Of a stretch of 64,000 nucleotides of DNA, positions 36,511-48,373 are shown in pieces. Position 1 is the stretch's first letter; each line of letters starts with the position of its first letter. A model generated the notes under the pieces. The model was not told where the DNA came from, did no database searches, and saw nothing but the letters and a program-made list of their open reading frames with translations. This stretch comes from Scenedesmus sp. PABB004. Lineage: Eukaryota. Made by a program: the position numbers and the translations under genes. The stretch spans positions 1,240,001 through 1,304,000 of the forward strand of contig JABVCE010000004.1 in assembly GCA_014905635.1 (NCBI GenBank), written 5' to 3'.

Positions 36511-37772
36511 TCAGGCGGACGCGGGCGCGGCGGCCGGCGCGTGCGCGGCGCGCACGGCGTCGAGCGCGCCGCGCTCGAGCACGATGGTGTCGGCGTTGAG
36601 CACGTCATACACCTGGATCGCGTCGGCGGTGTTGATCGCCAGCCGCGCGACGTTGCGCCCCGCGAGCGAGACCGCCTCGTTGGCCTCGGACAGCACCAGC
36701 AGCGTCTTGCGCGCCGGGTCGGCGCCGACCGCGGCGAGCGCGGCGACGAGCGACTTGGTGCGGCCCTTGTCGCCGCTCACGGCGGCGGCGAGGCCGTCCA
36801 CGACGACCATGTCGCCCGCCGCGCTCTGCAGCGCGGTCGCGAGCGCGAGGCGGCGCTCCTTCTTGTTCATCTTGATGCTCCAGTCCTTGGGCTGCGCGGC
36901 GGCGCGGCGGCGGCGGGCAGGGGGGCAGGAGCGGCGCGTGAGCGGCGCGCGGCGCGAGCGGGGGAGGGGGCGGCCCGGCGGCCGCCGCGGCTGCGTGGCG
37001 GCGGCGGCGGCGGCCCGCTGCCCCGCAGCTGCTGCTGCTGGAGCCTCTGCTGCAGCTGCTTGGGGTTCAGGGATTCCAGAAGCCAAGGCCCAAGCAGCTG
37101 CAGCAGAGGCTCAAGCTGCAGCTCTCCCGCCGCTGCTGCTGCTGCGCCCGCTGCCGCCGCCGCCGCTGCGAATCCTGCCGCCGGCGCCGCCGCCGCGGCT
37201 GCTGGAGCGCGCCGGTCCCATCTGTCGCCCCCTGCCGCCCCTGCCGCCGCGACGGGCGGCAAGGACGCTGCCACAGGCGGCAGCCGCCGCACCTTGGGGC
37301 CGAACGTCACGCCGCCGCCCGGGAAGAGCGGGGAGGTGCTGCTGCCGCGCCGGGCGTTGCCGGTGCCCTTCTGCTTGTATGGCTTCTTGCCGCCGCCGCG
37401 CACCTCGCTGCGCGTGAGCGTGCTCGCGGTGCCCTGTGGCGGGCAGCGAGGCGGCTCAGCCCGGCCGCCCCGGGGCCGCGCGGGCGGCGCGCGCGATCCC
37501 ATTGGGCGACACCTCACCCGCCGCGCGTTCTGGCGCACGTAGACCAGGTAGCGGTGCACCAGGCCCTTGGCGGTGGCGGGGCCGGCCGTCTTCAATGCCA
37601 GCTGCTCCTCGCCCGCCGCCGCGCCGTCGGCCGACTTGACCGCCACGGACGCGGGCGCGGCCTCCACCGCCGCGCGCACCGCCACCACGGGCCGCGCGGC
37701 CGGGCGCGCGGGGCGCACGCCGGCGGCCCCGCCGCTCAGGGCCCGCCCCGACAGGCGCTGTGCCGCCTGCAT
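36511..37772 (-). CDS. RPL4: Nuclear-encoded plastid 50S ribosomal protein L4
   Basis: Transit peptide, then [44 protein letters not shown]...[29 protein letters not shown]. Confidence 0.95.
37031..37122 (-). ncRNA. Candidate intronic miRNA-precursor-like hairpin
   Basis: Perfect 24-bp inverted repeat (37041-37064 vs 37089-37112) with a 24-nt loop, extending about 10 bp outward with 2 mismatches, inside RPL4 intron 36892-37292. Function is unproven. Confidence 0.55.
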
Positions 37773-38096
37773 TGCGTGTCACGGGCCTGCTGCTCAGCCG
37801 CTGCGCCGTGGGTGTGGAGTGGCGGGCGGGCGCGCCGCAGCGACGAGGGAGCGACCGGAGAGATGCTTGGGGCTCAGGTCACGGCCCGGCAAGGCACAGG
37901 GAGGCAGCCGCACCGGGCGCGACCGACCGACCGCGACTCCCTGTGCTCCCAGGCGGCACGCGGGGGCCTGCAGCCGCCGCCGCCCCACCCGCCCGCGCCG
38001 CCGCTGGCCGCGCGCGGGCAGCGCGGCCGGGGCGCTGTGATGGCGCACTCAGAGCTCGCAGGTTGCACCCTTGCCGCGCCGACTCACGGCCTGCAG

Positions 38097-39062
38097 TCAA
38101 CGCTCGCGTGCAGGTGCGCCTGCGGGCGCGGCGCGGACGTGCGCGCGTGAGCGCGCGCGCGCGTGCCGGTCGGGCGGGGCGCGCCCCGCCCGCCCGCGCC
38201 GGCGCAGCAGGCGAGCGCCGCGCTCGCGCACCACCGCCTGCAGCAGGTGGCGCTGCTGCTCCGCCGGAGCCGTCCCGTCCAGGAGCAGCTGCTGCATCGC
38301 CGCCGCCTCGCACGACGCGCCCGTGAGCCACCGCGCCGCCTCTGCCACGCCCGCCGGCGGCGCCCAGCCCGCCGCCGCCGCCGCCGCCGCCGGCCCTGAC
38401 GCTGAGGCTCCGCCGCGCGCGCGGGGCGCCTGGGCGTGCAGGGCCGCGGCGACGCTGGCCAGGCCCTGCACGCCCTCCGCGTCGGAGCGCATAACAAAGA
38501 GGTCCAGGCAGACGTGGCACGTCACGAGCGTGAGAAATTCCCGCGACGCCGCCGGGTCCGTCGGCGCGGCGCCGCTCGCCTCGACCAGCAGGCAGCCCGG
38601 CGCGGCGCAGGGCGCGGCGGCGTCCGGGGGGCAGCAGCGCGCCGCGGCGCGGCGGTGCACCGCGGGCGACGCGACGAGCTTGAGGAGCGCCGTCGCGTCC
38701 AGCGCAAACGCGCTGCCGCCCCAGTCCAGCACGACGCGGCCGCCGGCGCCGCCGGCGTCCAGCTGCTGCAGCCGCACGCGCGCCGGCAGCGTCGACGACG
38801 GCGGCGCGCCGCCGCCGCTGGCGGGCGCCGCCGGCTGCCGCAGCTTTATGAACACCGCGTCGCCCGCGCGCGCGCCGCGCCACTCCTTTTGCTGCGCGTC
38901 AAACTGCTCGGCGAAGGACTCGTGGAAGGCGGTGCTGCAGTCGAACGCCGCCGCCCGATCTTCCAGCTTCGCGCGCTTGCCGGCGGGCGGCTCGCCGCCG
39001 TCCGGCGCCGCAGCCGGCGTGAGCAGCGTGCGCAGCGCGGTAAAGAAGAGGGGAGCCTCCAT
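38097..39062 (-). CDS. Hypothetical protein; 3' end uncertain
   Basis: ATG 39062 (MEAPLFFTALRTLL), about 300 codons of globular-looking coding-biased sequence, NLS-like GKRAK. Confidence 0.6.
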   Translation of the reverse strand: MEAPLFFTALRTLLTPAAAPDGGEPPAGKRAKLEDRAAAFDCSTAFHESFAEQFDAQQKEWRGARAGDAVFIKLRQPAAPASGGGAPPSSTLPARVRLQQLDAGGAGGRVVLDWGGSAFALDATALLKLVASPAVHRRAAARCCPPDAAAPCAAPGCLLVEASGAAPTDPAASREFLTLVTCHVCLDLFVMRSDAEGVQGLASVAAALHAQAPRARGGASASGPAAAAAAAGWAPPAGVAEAARWLTGASCEAAAMQQLLLDGTAPAEQQRHLLQAVVRERGARLLRRRGRAGRAPPDRHARARSRAHVRAAPAGAPARER

Positions 39063-39248
39063 GTTGGTGCTATGATGATGGGCAAGCACGTTGCGGTCAG
39101 TGCACGCGCCGGGCGCCGGGCGGGTTTGCGCGCCCGTGCCGCCGTCACATCGCCGCCGGCGCCGCCGGCTGCGGGCAGTCCCTCAGCCGACCCCGTGGCA
39201 CCTGCACGTCCAGGAAGCCGGCTCACGGCCCAAGGCGCGCGCGGCACG

Positions 39249-40707
39249 ATGAGGCGGGCGCTGCCGGCCCTGCGCCAGCTGCAGGCCGCCGTGGCAGGTG
39301 CGGGGGGCGCAGTGACCGGCTCACGGGCTGCCGCGGGGGGCGGCGGGCGCTGCGGGGGCCTGGCCCGGGCGGCAGCCACCCCACCCCAGCGAGATCGGCA
39401 GCAGCCGCCCGCCCCCGCGCCCCACGGCCGCGGCGAGGCGAGCCCGCGGGGGAGTGCGCTGGGCGTGGCGTGCGCGCCCCCGGGAGCGCCCCACGCCCTG
39501 CGCAGCGGGGCGGCGCCGGCAGCAGCGGCCGGGGCGCGGCGCGCCGCCGCGCCCGGCGGCGGCCGCCGGGGCGGGCGTGATCTGGCGCCCGGCTGCGGCG
39601 CCTGGCGCCGGCCGAACGCTCGGACGCCGCCGCCGCTGACGCACGCACGCGCGCGCCCGCGTCCGCGCGGCGTCCGCGCGGCGCCCGCAGGCGGCAGCCG
39701 CGCGGCAGAGGCAGGCTGCCTGCAGGCGAGCCGCGGCCTGAGCAGCCACAGCTTTGCCGGCTTCGCCGACGCGCCGCCGCCGGCGGGCAGCAGCGCGATC
39801 AGCATCAAGGCGTCGGGCGACGGCAAGACCGTGAGCGTGGACGTCACCGCTGGCCGCGCGTCCGCGCGGGCGAGCTTCGCCGCGAGCGCCGCCAAGAAGT
39901 GCGCGCGCGCGCGGGGCGGGGGGCGCGGGGGGCGCGGCAGGCTCGCTGCCCCGCGCGGCAGGGGCGGCGGCGGCGGCGGCAGGAGCGGCAGCGGCGGCAG
40001 GGGCAGCGCCGGCACCGCGGGCGGCGGCGACGCCGCGGGGCCGGCGCGCGACGCCCGCCCGCCCGCCCGCGCGCGCGCGCAGGCTGCAGGCGTCCCCGCT
40101 GACGCTGCACGAGGCGGCGCGCGTGAGCGTGCTGCACGCGTCGCTCATGGAGTACCTGCTGCGCCTCGCGCACGAGCGCTACGCGCTGCTCGCGCAGTGG
40201 CCAGACTTCACTGCCATGCTGGGCAAGGACTACTACTACCGGTGCGCCCCCGCACGGCGCCGCCGCCGCCGCCGCCGCGGGCGCCGGCGCCCAGCGGCCG
40301 TGAGCGCGCTGCCGCGCGAGCGCCGCCGCCGAGGCTCGCGCGCCCGCGCGCCGCCGCTGCCGCGGCGCAGGTCCCACCCCGAGGAGGTGCGCAAGTTCTA
40401 CGCGCTCGTGGACGAGTTCCACCGCATGTGGGACGTGGTCACCGAGTTTGACTCGCTCAGCCACCTCGCGACGCAGATGGTGCCGGTGCGTGCCACGACT
40501 CCCGCGGCGCGGCGCGGCGCGGCGGTGCAGCGCACGGGCCGCGCCAAGCCGCCGCGCCCGCCACGCGCGCGCTCACGCCGCGCCGCCGCCGGGACGGTGG
40601 ACGCGCAGGGCTACCGCCGGCGCCGCATGAACGTGCTGGGCCCCGCGGTCAGCCCGACCGTGGCCAACGGCGTCGTCACGCAGTTCCTGCTCGCCAAGGC
40701 GGCGTGA
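39249..40707 (+). CDS. Mitochondria-targeted protein; tentatively an alga-specific complex I accessory subunit (NUOP3-like, from recall only)
   Basis: Presequence MRRALPALRQLQ; five exons with clean GT-AG junctions (LLAQWPDFT..GKDYYYRSHPEEV..FHRMWDVVTEF..GYRRRRMN..VVTQFLLAK); TGTAA downstream. The CDS is solid, the name is not. Confidence 0.7.
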
Positions 40708-40781
40708 GGCGGCTTGACAACCTGGGCGGGCGGCGGGGCGGGGGGAGACGGGGCTGCGCGCAGAGCAGGGGCGGGCGGGGC

Positions 40782-40786
40782 TGTAA
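40782..40786 (+). terminator. TGTAA polyadenylation signal
   Basis: Canonical chlorophyte signal about 75 nt after stop 40707. Confidence 0.6.
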
Positions 40787-41013
40787 CACCAGGGCGTGCG
40801 GGCGTGCGCCGCGCCGGCGCGGCGTGACAGCGGCAGTGCGACGGCCGTGGCGGGGTTGAGCGCGCCGCGGCAGCTGCTGCCGCCGCCGCCCGGGACGCCC
40901 GCCATCATCAAAACCCGAGTCGCAGGCCCCCGCGCGCGCTGCGGGAGCTGCCGCGCTCGGTCAAGCTGTTGTGAAGCCAGCGCGCTGCCCCGCCACGCAG
41001 CTCGGTGACCGCG

Positions 41014-44000
41014 ATGTTGGAACCGCACTGGGCCAGCTGGCCCAACGTGCGGCACTCGCGCGGCGCGGAGGGCGAGGTGCGCGAGATGCCGCGGCAGTTT
41101 TTTGCTGTTCCCGCGCCCTCCGGGCCCGACCGACCGCGTCTGCGCGCCGTCCGTCGCCAGCAGGAGGAGGAGGAGCAGGAGGAGGAGGCGCCGGACCATG
41201 AGGCGCTGCAGCGCTGGCTCGCGGCGCTGCCGGGTGCGGCGCGGCGGCGCCGGCGCTGCTGTAGCGGGCGGCGGGGCCCTGCGCAGCCGCCCCCGCCCGC
41301 CCGGCAGCTGGTTGCTGTGCCCGCCCGACGCCCGCCGCCGCGGCGGCCGCCGGCGCCGCAGTGAGCGACGAGGGGCTGCTGGTCGTCGCGTCGGACTCGC
41401 TGCGCCTGCTGCCGCCGGGCCTGCCCTACGCGCTGCTGGGCCCCATGCTGCTGGCGGCGCTGGACGGCGCGCTCGGCGGCGGCGGCGGCGGCCGCGGCCG
41501 CGGCCTCGCGCTGCGGGGCGTCGACCTGTGCGAGCCGGTCGTCGGCGCGCTCGCGACGGCGGCCGCCGCGTACGGTGCCGCGCTGCGCGGCCTCAGCCTG
41601 GCCGAGCTCAACGTGGACGTCCCGGCCGCGCGCGCGCTGGGGCGCGTCGCGTGCCTGCGCAGCCTCGCGCTGGACGGCGTCTTCCTGTGCGAGCACGCGT
41701 GGCGGGGCCTCGCGGCGGGCCTCGCGGCAGGCTGCCGCCTGCGCGCGCTCGCCGCGCGCGGCTGCCTCACCCTCGCCGGCGCGGCGGCGCTCGCGGCGGC
41801 GCTGCCGGCGGGCTGCGGGGAGCTGCAGGAGCTGGACCTCGCCCGCACCAGCCTCCTGCCACCGGCGGCGGCAGCGTGGCAGGGCGACGGCGAAGCTGCC
41901 GCCGCTCGCGCGGCCGCCGACGCAGCATGGGCGGGCCTGATCCAGGCCGTGGCGCGGGGGTGCCCCGCGCTGCAGTCGCTGGTCCTGGCCGGCTGCGCCT
42001 GCCTGGGCCCGGCGGGCGCGGGCGCGCTGGCCAAGCTGCTGCGCGCCAAGGGCTGCAGCCTCACCGCGCTCGACCTCTCGCAGTGCGGCGGCCTGGGCGC
42101 GGTGCGTGCGCGGCGGCGGGCAAAGCGGCGCCCGCGCGCCGGGGGCACGCCGGCAGCGCGTGCGCCGCCCGCCGCGTCGCTCACCCACCCCCTGGCCCCG
42201 CCCGTGCCTGCCCCCCGCTGCCGCGGCAGGCCGCGCTGGCGGCGCTGGCGGGCGCCGCCGCGGGCTGCGCATCGCTGGAGCTGCTCGACCTCAGCGGCAC
42301 GGGCCTCACCGACGCCGCTGCCAAGCCCCTGGCAGCCGCGGGCGGCTGGCTGGGCCGCGCCGGCCCGCGCCGGCTCGCGGAGCTGAGGCTGGGCGCCAAC
42401 CGGCTGAGCGGCGCGGCGGCGGGCCAGCTGGGGCGCTGCCTCGCCGCCGGGGGGCTGCCGGCGCTGCGCCGGCTCAGCCTCGCCGGGTGCTGCGAACTCG
42501 GCGACGCCGGCGCGACCGAGCTGGCCGCCGCGCTCGTGTCGGCGCGGTGCGCCCTGGCCGCGGTGGACCTGTCCGGCTGCGAGCTCACCGACGCCGGCGT
42601 CGCGGCGCTCACCGCGCTGCTCGCGCCGGGCGCCGCGGGCGCGCCGCGCGGCGTGGCGCTGCGGGAGCTGCGGCTCGCCGACAACCAGCTGACGGAGGGC
42701 GCCATGGAGATGCTGGCGCACTGCGTGGCCGCGCCGGGCTGCGCGCTGAGCCTGCTGGACGTCAGCCACAACTGGACGGGCCCGCGCGGCATGGCGCCGC
42801 TCGCCGACGCGGCGGCGGCGGGCGCGGCGTGCGGCGGGGGCGAGGTGCAGCAGCGGCCCGGGCTCACGCTGCTGCGGGAGTGCCTGCCAGAGTACTGGCG
42901 GGTGGAGGCCTCCAAGGCGGCCGCAGCGGCAGCAGCGACGGCAGCGGCGGCAGCGGCAGCAGCAGCCAGCCCGGCGGCGGCGCGGCCACCCCGCGCGGAG
43001 TGCGGCTGGGCGCCACGCAGCCTAGCCGGCAGCAGCAGCGCGTGCAGCGTCTGCTCCAGCGGCAGCTGGCGCACGCTCGCGGGCTCCGCGGCCGGCAGCG
43101 AGCCGCGGTCGGCGGCGGCGGCCGGCAGCGAGCCGTGCGCGGCGGCGGCGCTGTCGCCGTGCGCCGCCGCCGCGGCGCCGCCGGCGCTGCCGCCGCGCGC
43201 CGGCAAGGCTGCGCTGGAGGAGGGCGGCACGGTGTGGCTCGTCAACACGCTGTATTCAAGCGCCGAGTGCGGCCCGCTCTCGCGCGCGGCGTCGTCGGCC
43301 ATCGCGGTCGGCCTCGACCCGGCGGCGGGCGCCGGCGACGGCGGCGGCGCCGACGCGGCGAGTGACATCTGCGAGCACTATGCTGACAGCGCCAGCGACG
43401 ACAGCGATGCCGGCGGCAGCCCGCTTGGCAGCGCGGGCAGCGGCGGCCGCGGGCCGCTCGCGCCCGCCAGCAGCGGCGGCAGCAGCCTGGGGCTCGCGGA
43501 CGGCGCGTGGCTGCTGCGGGCCGGGGCCGACGGCGCCGCGCCGGCGCAGGAGGCGCGCGCGCAGCAGGCGAGCCCCTACAGCCTGCGCACGGCGGCAGAG
43601 GCGGCTGCGGCGGCCGCCGCCGCCGCGCGGCGCATGCAGGCGCAGGCGGGCCCCGGCAGCGCGGCGGGCAGCCCTGCCGCGCGCGAGGCGGCCGCGGACG
43701 CCGCCGCGCGGCGCTGCGGCGACGGCCGGCTGAGCGCCAGCCCCATGCGCCAGTTCGCGCCGCGGCCGCCGGCGTCGCTGCCGGGCAGCCCTGCGAGCGC
43801 GGCGGGCGGCGGCGTGCCCACGCCGGGGCTCAAGACGCTGCGCAGCATGCGGCGGCGCGTGAGCGGTGGCCCGGCGACGCCGCCGGCGGGCGTCGCCGCG
43901 GCCGCGACCGACCAGCGCGGCGGCGTGAGCCCGGCCCGCGGCGGCGCCGCCGCCGCGGCGCCGGCGGCTGGTCACGGCGGCAGCCCAGGGCAGCAGCGGC

Positions 44001-44095
44001 AGGTCAAGGCGGTCGCGCGCTCGGTCACTGACGGCGCGGCGGTGCGCGACAGCGGCAGGCAGCACTGCGCCGCGCTGCCCCGGGTCTGCGACTGA
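41014..44095 (+). CDS. Leucine-rich repeat protein (RNI/NLRC3-like repeats)
   Basis: Repeats LQELDLART, LTALDLSQC, LELLDLSGTGLTD, LAELRLGANRLS, LRELRLADNQLT, LSLLDVSHN; disordered C-terminus. Confidence 0.85.
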
Positions 44096-44498
44096 GCGCC
44101 GGCGGGGGTTGGGTTGCGCGCTGGCCGTGTCGTCCTCATGAACTGAGAGCGAGTGGGAGTCAGTGGTTGACCGCCCGCCCGAGGCGGGATTTTTGCGCCT
44201 GCCCATGCATGCGCAGGTCGGGCACCGCAGGGTCGCTTCACACACACTAGCGCATGCCGCGGCATTCTTTGCTGACCCGCAGCCGGGCGTTTAATCGGCA
44301 GACCCTTGCCGCCGCGGCGCCGCTGGCGGTTTGGCTCCGGTGGTTCGGCGCGCCCTTGCCGCTGGGCTGCGACTGTGCGCCACCCCCCCAGTCGCACAGC
44401 ACTTGCGCGCGGCGCCAGCGGCGGCAGCGGCAGCGGCAGCGGCACCAGCCGCCGGCAGCAGCGGCGGCGCGCGCCGCCCGGCGCTCGGCGGCCGAACG

Positions 44499-47400
44499 AT
44501 GGCCGCGTTCGACGAGCTGGCGCATCTTGCGCTCAGCTTTGGCCTGGAAGCCGGTGTGGCGCCGATCGACGCGCGCGCGCGGCGTGGCGGCCGCATCGAT
44601 GCCGAGCGCTCGCCCCGCCCGCCCGCGCGACAGGCGAAGAGCAGCCGGCCAGCACCGGGCGCGACGCCTCATGCGCGTCGGGCACAGCGTCTATGCGTGC
44701 GCTGCTGGCGCCCAGCGGGCCGGGCGGCGGCGCCGCGGCCTACTTTGCACAGCTGCGCGCGCGCGTGGCTGAGCGCCTGCAGGCGGGGCTGCCGGGGGCG
44801 GTGGAGGTGCTGCAGGTCGGCTGCGACTGCCTGGATGCCTTCGTGACACGAAACCTCTGCGGGTGCGCCGGGGCGGGCGCCGGCGCAGCAGCTGTTGCCG
44901 CCAGCCGCCGCAGCCGCCGCCGCCGCTCACGCGCCGCTGGCACGCGCTGCCTGCAGGCCCATCAGCGAGCAGCAGGCGCCGCCGCCGCTCTGGGAGCTGC
45001 AGCAGGGTGCGGGCGCGCCGGCCGCGGCCAGGCCCGCCGAGCCGGCCGCCGCCGCGGGGCTGTGCGCGGACCGCCTGTCGCCGGACGAGCGGTGCGCGGC
45101 CGGCGCGCGGCGCGGCGCGGCGGCCCCCGGCCTTGCGGCGGCGCCGCCGCTTGACGCCGCGCGCCGCTCGCGCGCGCTGCTCGCAGCTGGGTCATCGCGC
45201 AGCTCGAGGTGGACGGCGAGGAGGTGGTGGGCCTGCTGCAGGGCCTGGACCGCCTCATGGCCGCGCTGGTGTGCCTCGCGGAGCCCGCCGGCCACGCCAC
45301 GACGGCCGGCGACGCCGCGGCGCAGCAGGCGCCGCCGGCCGGCGGCGCGCGCCCCGCGGCGCCCGGCTTGCCCGGCAGCTGGGCGTGGTGGGCGCTGCGC
45401 GCGGTGATGCTGCAGCAGCACGTCCTGCAGGGGCGCAGCAACACGCTGCAGCAGGCGTCCGCCGCGCTCGCCGGCGAGGTGCTCGCCTGGGCGGCGGCGC
45501 TGGCGCAGCGCGGCGGCGCGCTGCCGCGCGCGCTCGCCGCCGGCGCGCAGCTCGAGTGTGCGCTGGCGTCGCAGCACTTTGGCCGCGTCGCGGAGGCGCA
45601 GGAGCGCCTCGCGGCCGCCGCGGCGGCGCTGGGCGTCGAGGTGGGCGTGACGGGGGCGCTCGGCTTCCGCACCAAGCACCAGCGCGACGCCAAGCCGCAG
45701 CTCGTCGCCGAGGTGCGCAGCGGCGGCGGCGTCGGTGGCGTCGGCGCGAGCGGCGGGGACGGCGCCGCGCTGCCGCTGGACGGCGTGGACGTCGCCGCGC
45801 TGGGCTTTGACGAGGTGGGCCTCACCAAGGAGCTGGAGGGCATGGCGGACGAGTCGGCCGTCTTCCTCGCGCCGCGCCTCGCCGCGGCCGGCGGCGCCAG
45901 CGGCGGCAGCAGCGACGGCGAGGGCCAGGCCGGCGAGGACGGGGGCCAGGCCGGCGGCGCCGGCGCCGGCGCGCCCGCGGCGGCGCGCGCGCCGTGCATG
46001 GTGCAGGCCCTGCTGCTGGGCTGGGCGGCGCAGGTGCGGCGCGGCAGCTCGGCGGACGAGCTGCAGCAGTGGCAGATGGCGCCGTACGTCGAGGCGGTGC
46101 TGCAGCAGCCGGCGAGCGAGTTCATGCTGCACGCGACGGCGCGCCTGCTCAAGTGCCGCCACGAGCGCGAGCGCGGGCGCACGCGCGAGCGGGCGCTCAT
46201 GCAGCTCGAGACGCTCTGCGGCGCGCTCGGCGCCGCCGCGGACGCGGCCGCGCGCGGCGCGGCCGCGCGGCGGAGGGCGTACGCGCACGCCGTGCGCTTC
46301 CCGCTCTGGCCGCTGCTGCGCAAGGAGCTGGCGGAGCTCTTCATCGCGATGGGCTTTGTCGGTGCGCGCGCCGCCCGCGCCGCGCGCGCCGCCGCCGCCG
46401 CGCGCGGCCTCCGCCGACGTGCGCCGCGCCGCGCCGCGCTGCCGCCGCGCAGGCGCGGCGCTGCGCATCTTTGAGGGCCTTGAGATGTGGGACCCCCTCA
46501 TTCTCTGCTACCGCCTGCTGGGCAAGAAGGCGGTCGCGCAGGAGCTGGTCCTGCGGCGGCTCGAGGTGCGGCGTCAGCCGGTCGGCAAAGGGAGGCGGTT
46601 GGGGGCGGCGGGCGCGGCCGCGCCGCGCGTCGCGCCCACGCGCGGCGCCCGCGCGCCCGCGGCGCGCGCAGGCGTCGCCGGACGACGCGAAGCTCTGGTG
46701 CGTCCTCGGCGACATCACCGGCGCCGACGCACACTACGAGCGGGCCTGGGCCGTGAGCGGGCGGCGCAGCAGCCGCGCGCAGCGCTCGCTCGCGCGCTCC
46801 GCGCTCGCGCGCAAGGACCACGCGGCCGCGGCGGCCGCGTTTGAGGTCGCGCTGGCGCTCAACCCGCTCTACCCCGACGCCTGGTTCTCGCTCGGCTACT
46901 GCTGCCTGCGCACGGGCGACAACGCGCGCGCGCTGCAGGCGCGGCGGCGCCCGCGCCGTTTCGTGGCCGCGCCCACCCGGCAGAGGGGCCGAGCGCGCCG
47001 CCGCCGCGTCCGCCGCCGCGGCAGGCGTTCTCCAAGGTGACGCACCTGGAGCCGGAGCAGGGCGAGGCGTGGACCAACCTCGCGGCGCTGTGGCTGCAGC
47101 AGGGCGGCGCGGCGGAGGCGCTGCACGCGAGCGAGCAGGCGGTCAAGTTCAAGCGCGACAGCTGGCAGACGTGGGACAACTACGCGAGCGCCGCGGCGCG
47201 CGCGCGCGCGATGCCCGCGTGTGCGCGCGCGCTCGCGCAGGTGTTTGAGCTCACGCGCGGCGAGCGGCTCTCGCTCGAGACGGCGGACGCGCTCATGGGC
47301 CAGCTGGAGGCCGAGGCGGACGCGCTGCGCGGCGGCGCCGGCGCGGCCGACGGCGACGCCGGACGCGGCGCCGGCGGGGCGCCGGAGCTGCAGGAGCAGC

Positions 47401-48056
47401 AGCAGCCGGGGCAGCAGGCGGGGCAGCAGCCGGGGCAGCAGCCGCAGCAGGGCGCGGCCGACGAGGGCGAGGCCATGGCGGCCCCCGAGCAGCTGCTCAG
47501 CCTGCTCGCGCTGTCGGACGGCCTCGGCGGCGAGCGCGACGCGGGCGAGCGCGACGCGGCGGCCGCGGCGTCGGCGGCGGCCGCGGCGTCGGCGGCCGCG
47601 CGCAGCCACGCGCAGGTCGTGGCCAGCCTGGGCGCGCTGCTGAAGCAGGCGGCCAACGCGCCCGCGTGCGGCGCGGGCGTGTGGGGCCTGCTCGCGCGCT
47701 GGTACGCGCTGCGCGGTGAGCTGCTGAGCGCCCAGGAGGCGTGGCTCAAGCAGGTCCGCGCGCTCGCGGGCTCGCCGTTCCGGACGGAGCCCGAGGCCTT
47801 TGGCGCGATGGCCGCCGCGAGCACGCGCCTCGTCCGCGCCTACCTCGCGACCGCCGCGGCCGGCCCGCCCGGCGGGCTGCGCGAGCTCGCGGCGGCGCGC
47901 ATGCACCTGCGCGGCGTGCTGCGCGGCTGCGAGGAGGCGTTTGGCGGCACCGCCGCGTTCGCCGGCCTCGCCGCGCTCGCGGAGGAGGTGGAGCGCGCGC
48001 GCGCTGCCGCTGCCGAGGGCGGCGCGGGCGGCGCGGGCGGCGGCGGGGCGCAGTGA
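44499..48056 (+). CDS. TTC27: TPR protein TTC27/EMW1-like
   Basis: LDAFVTRNLCGP, VTGALGFRTKHQ, RERALMQLETL, ALRIFEGLEMWD, SSRAQRSLA, ALNPLYPDAWFSLG, EAWTNLA, WQTWDNY. Confidence 0.85.
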
Positions 48057-48373
48057 GCTGCGCGGGCCGTTGAAACGATTGCACAGCGGCGGCCGCCGCC
48101 ACCGCCCCGCCGCCGCCGCCGCGCGGAGGCTCAGCGTGCAGACTGCAGCAGTCGCCGGCGGGTGACGCCCTCGCTGCCCGCCGCGCGGCGGTCGAGCGCG
48201 TAGTGGGTGCTTTGAGGAGTGACAGCGCTGCTCGCGGCGCCGGGCGGCGAAGAGGAGAGGAGCTCAAGCGTCGAGTTCCGCGTCGGGCTCTCGCGGAGCC
48301 CAATGCGCGCCCGTCTGGGGACCCGGCACTCCGGCCGCCCGCGAAACGCAACCGCCTGCTGCTGGCAATCGCC

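Noticed and set aside
39072..39248. ATGATGATG in frame upstream of the mitochondrial gene start, or a snoRNA C box
   Set aside because: It abuts the divergent gene's start, the 39249 ATG gives a good presequence, and I could not support a D box/guide structure.
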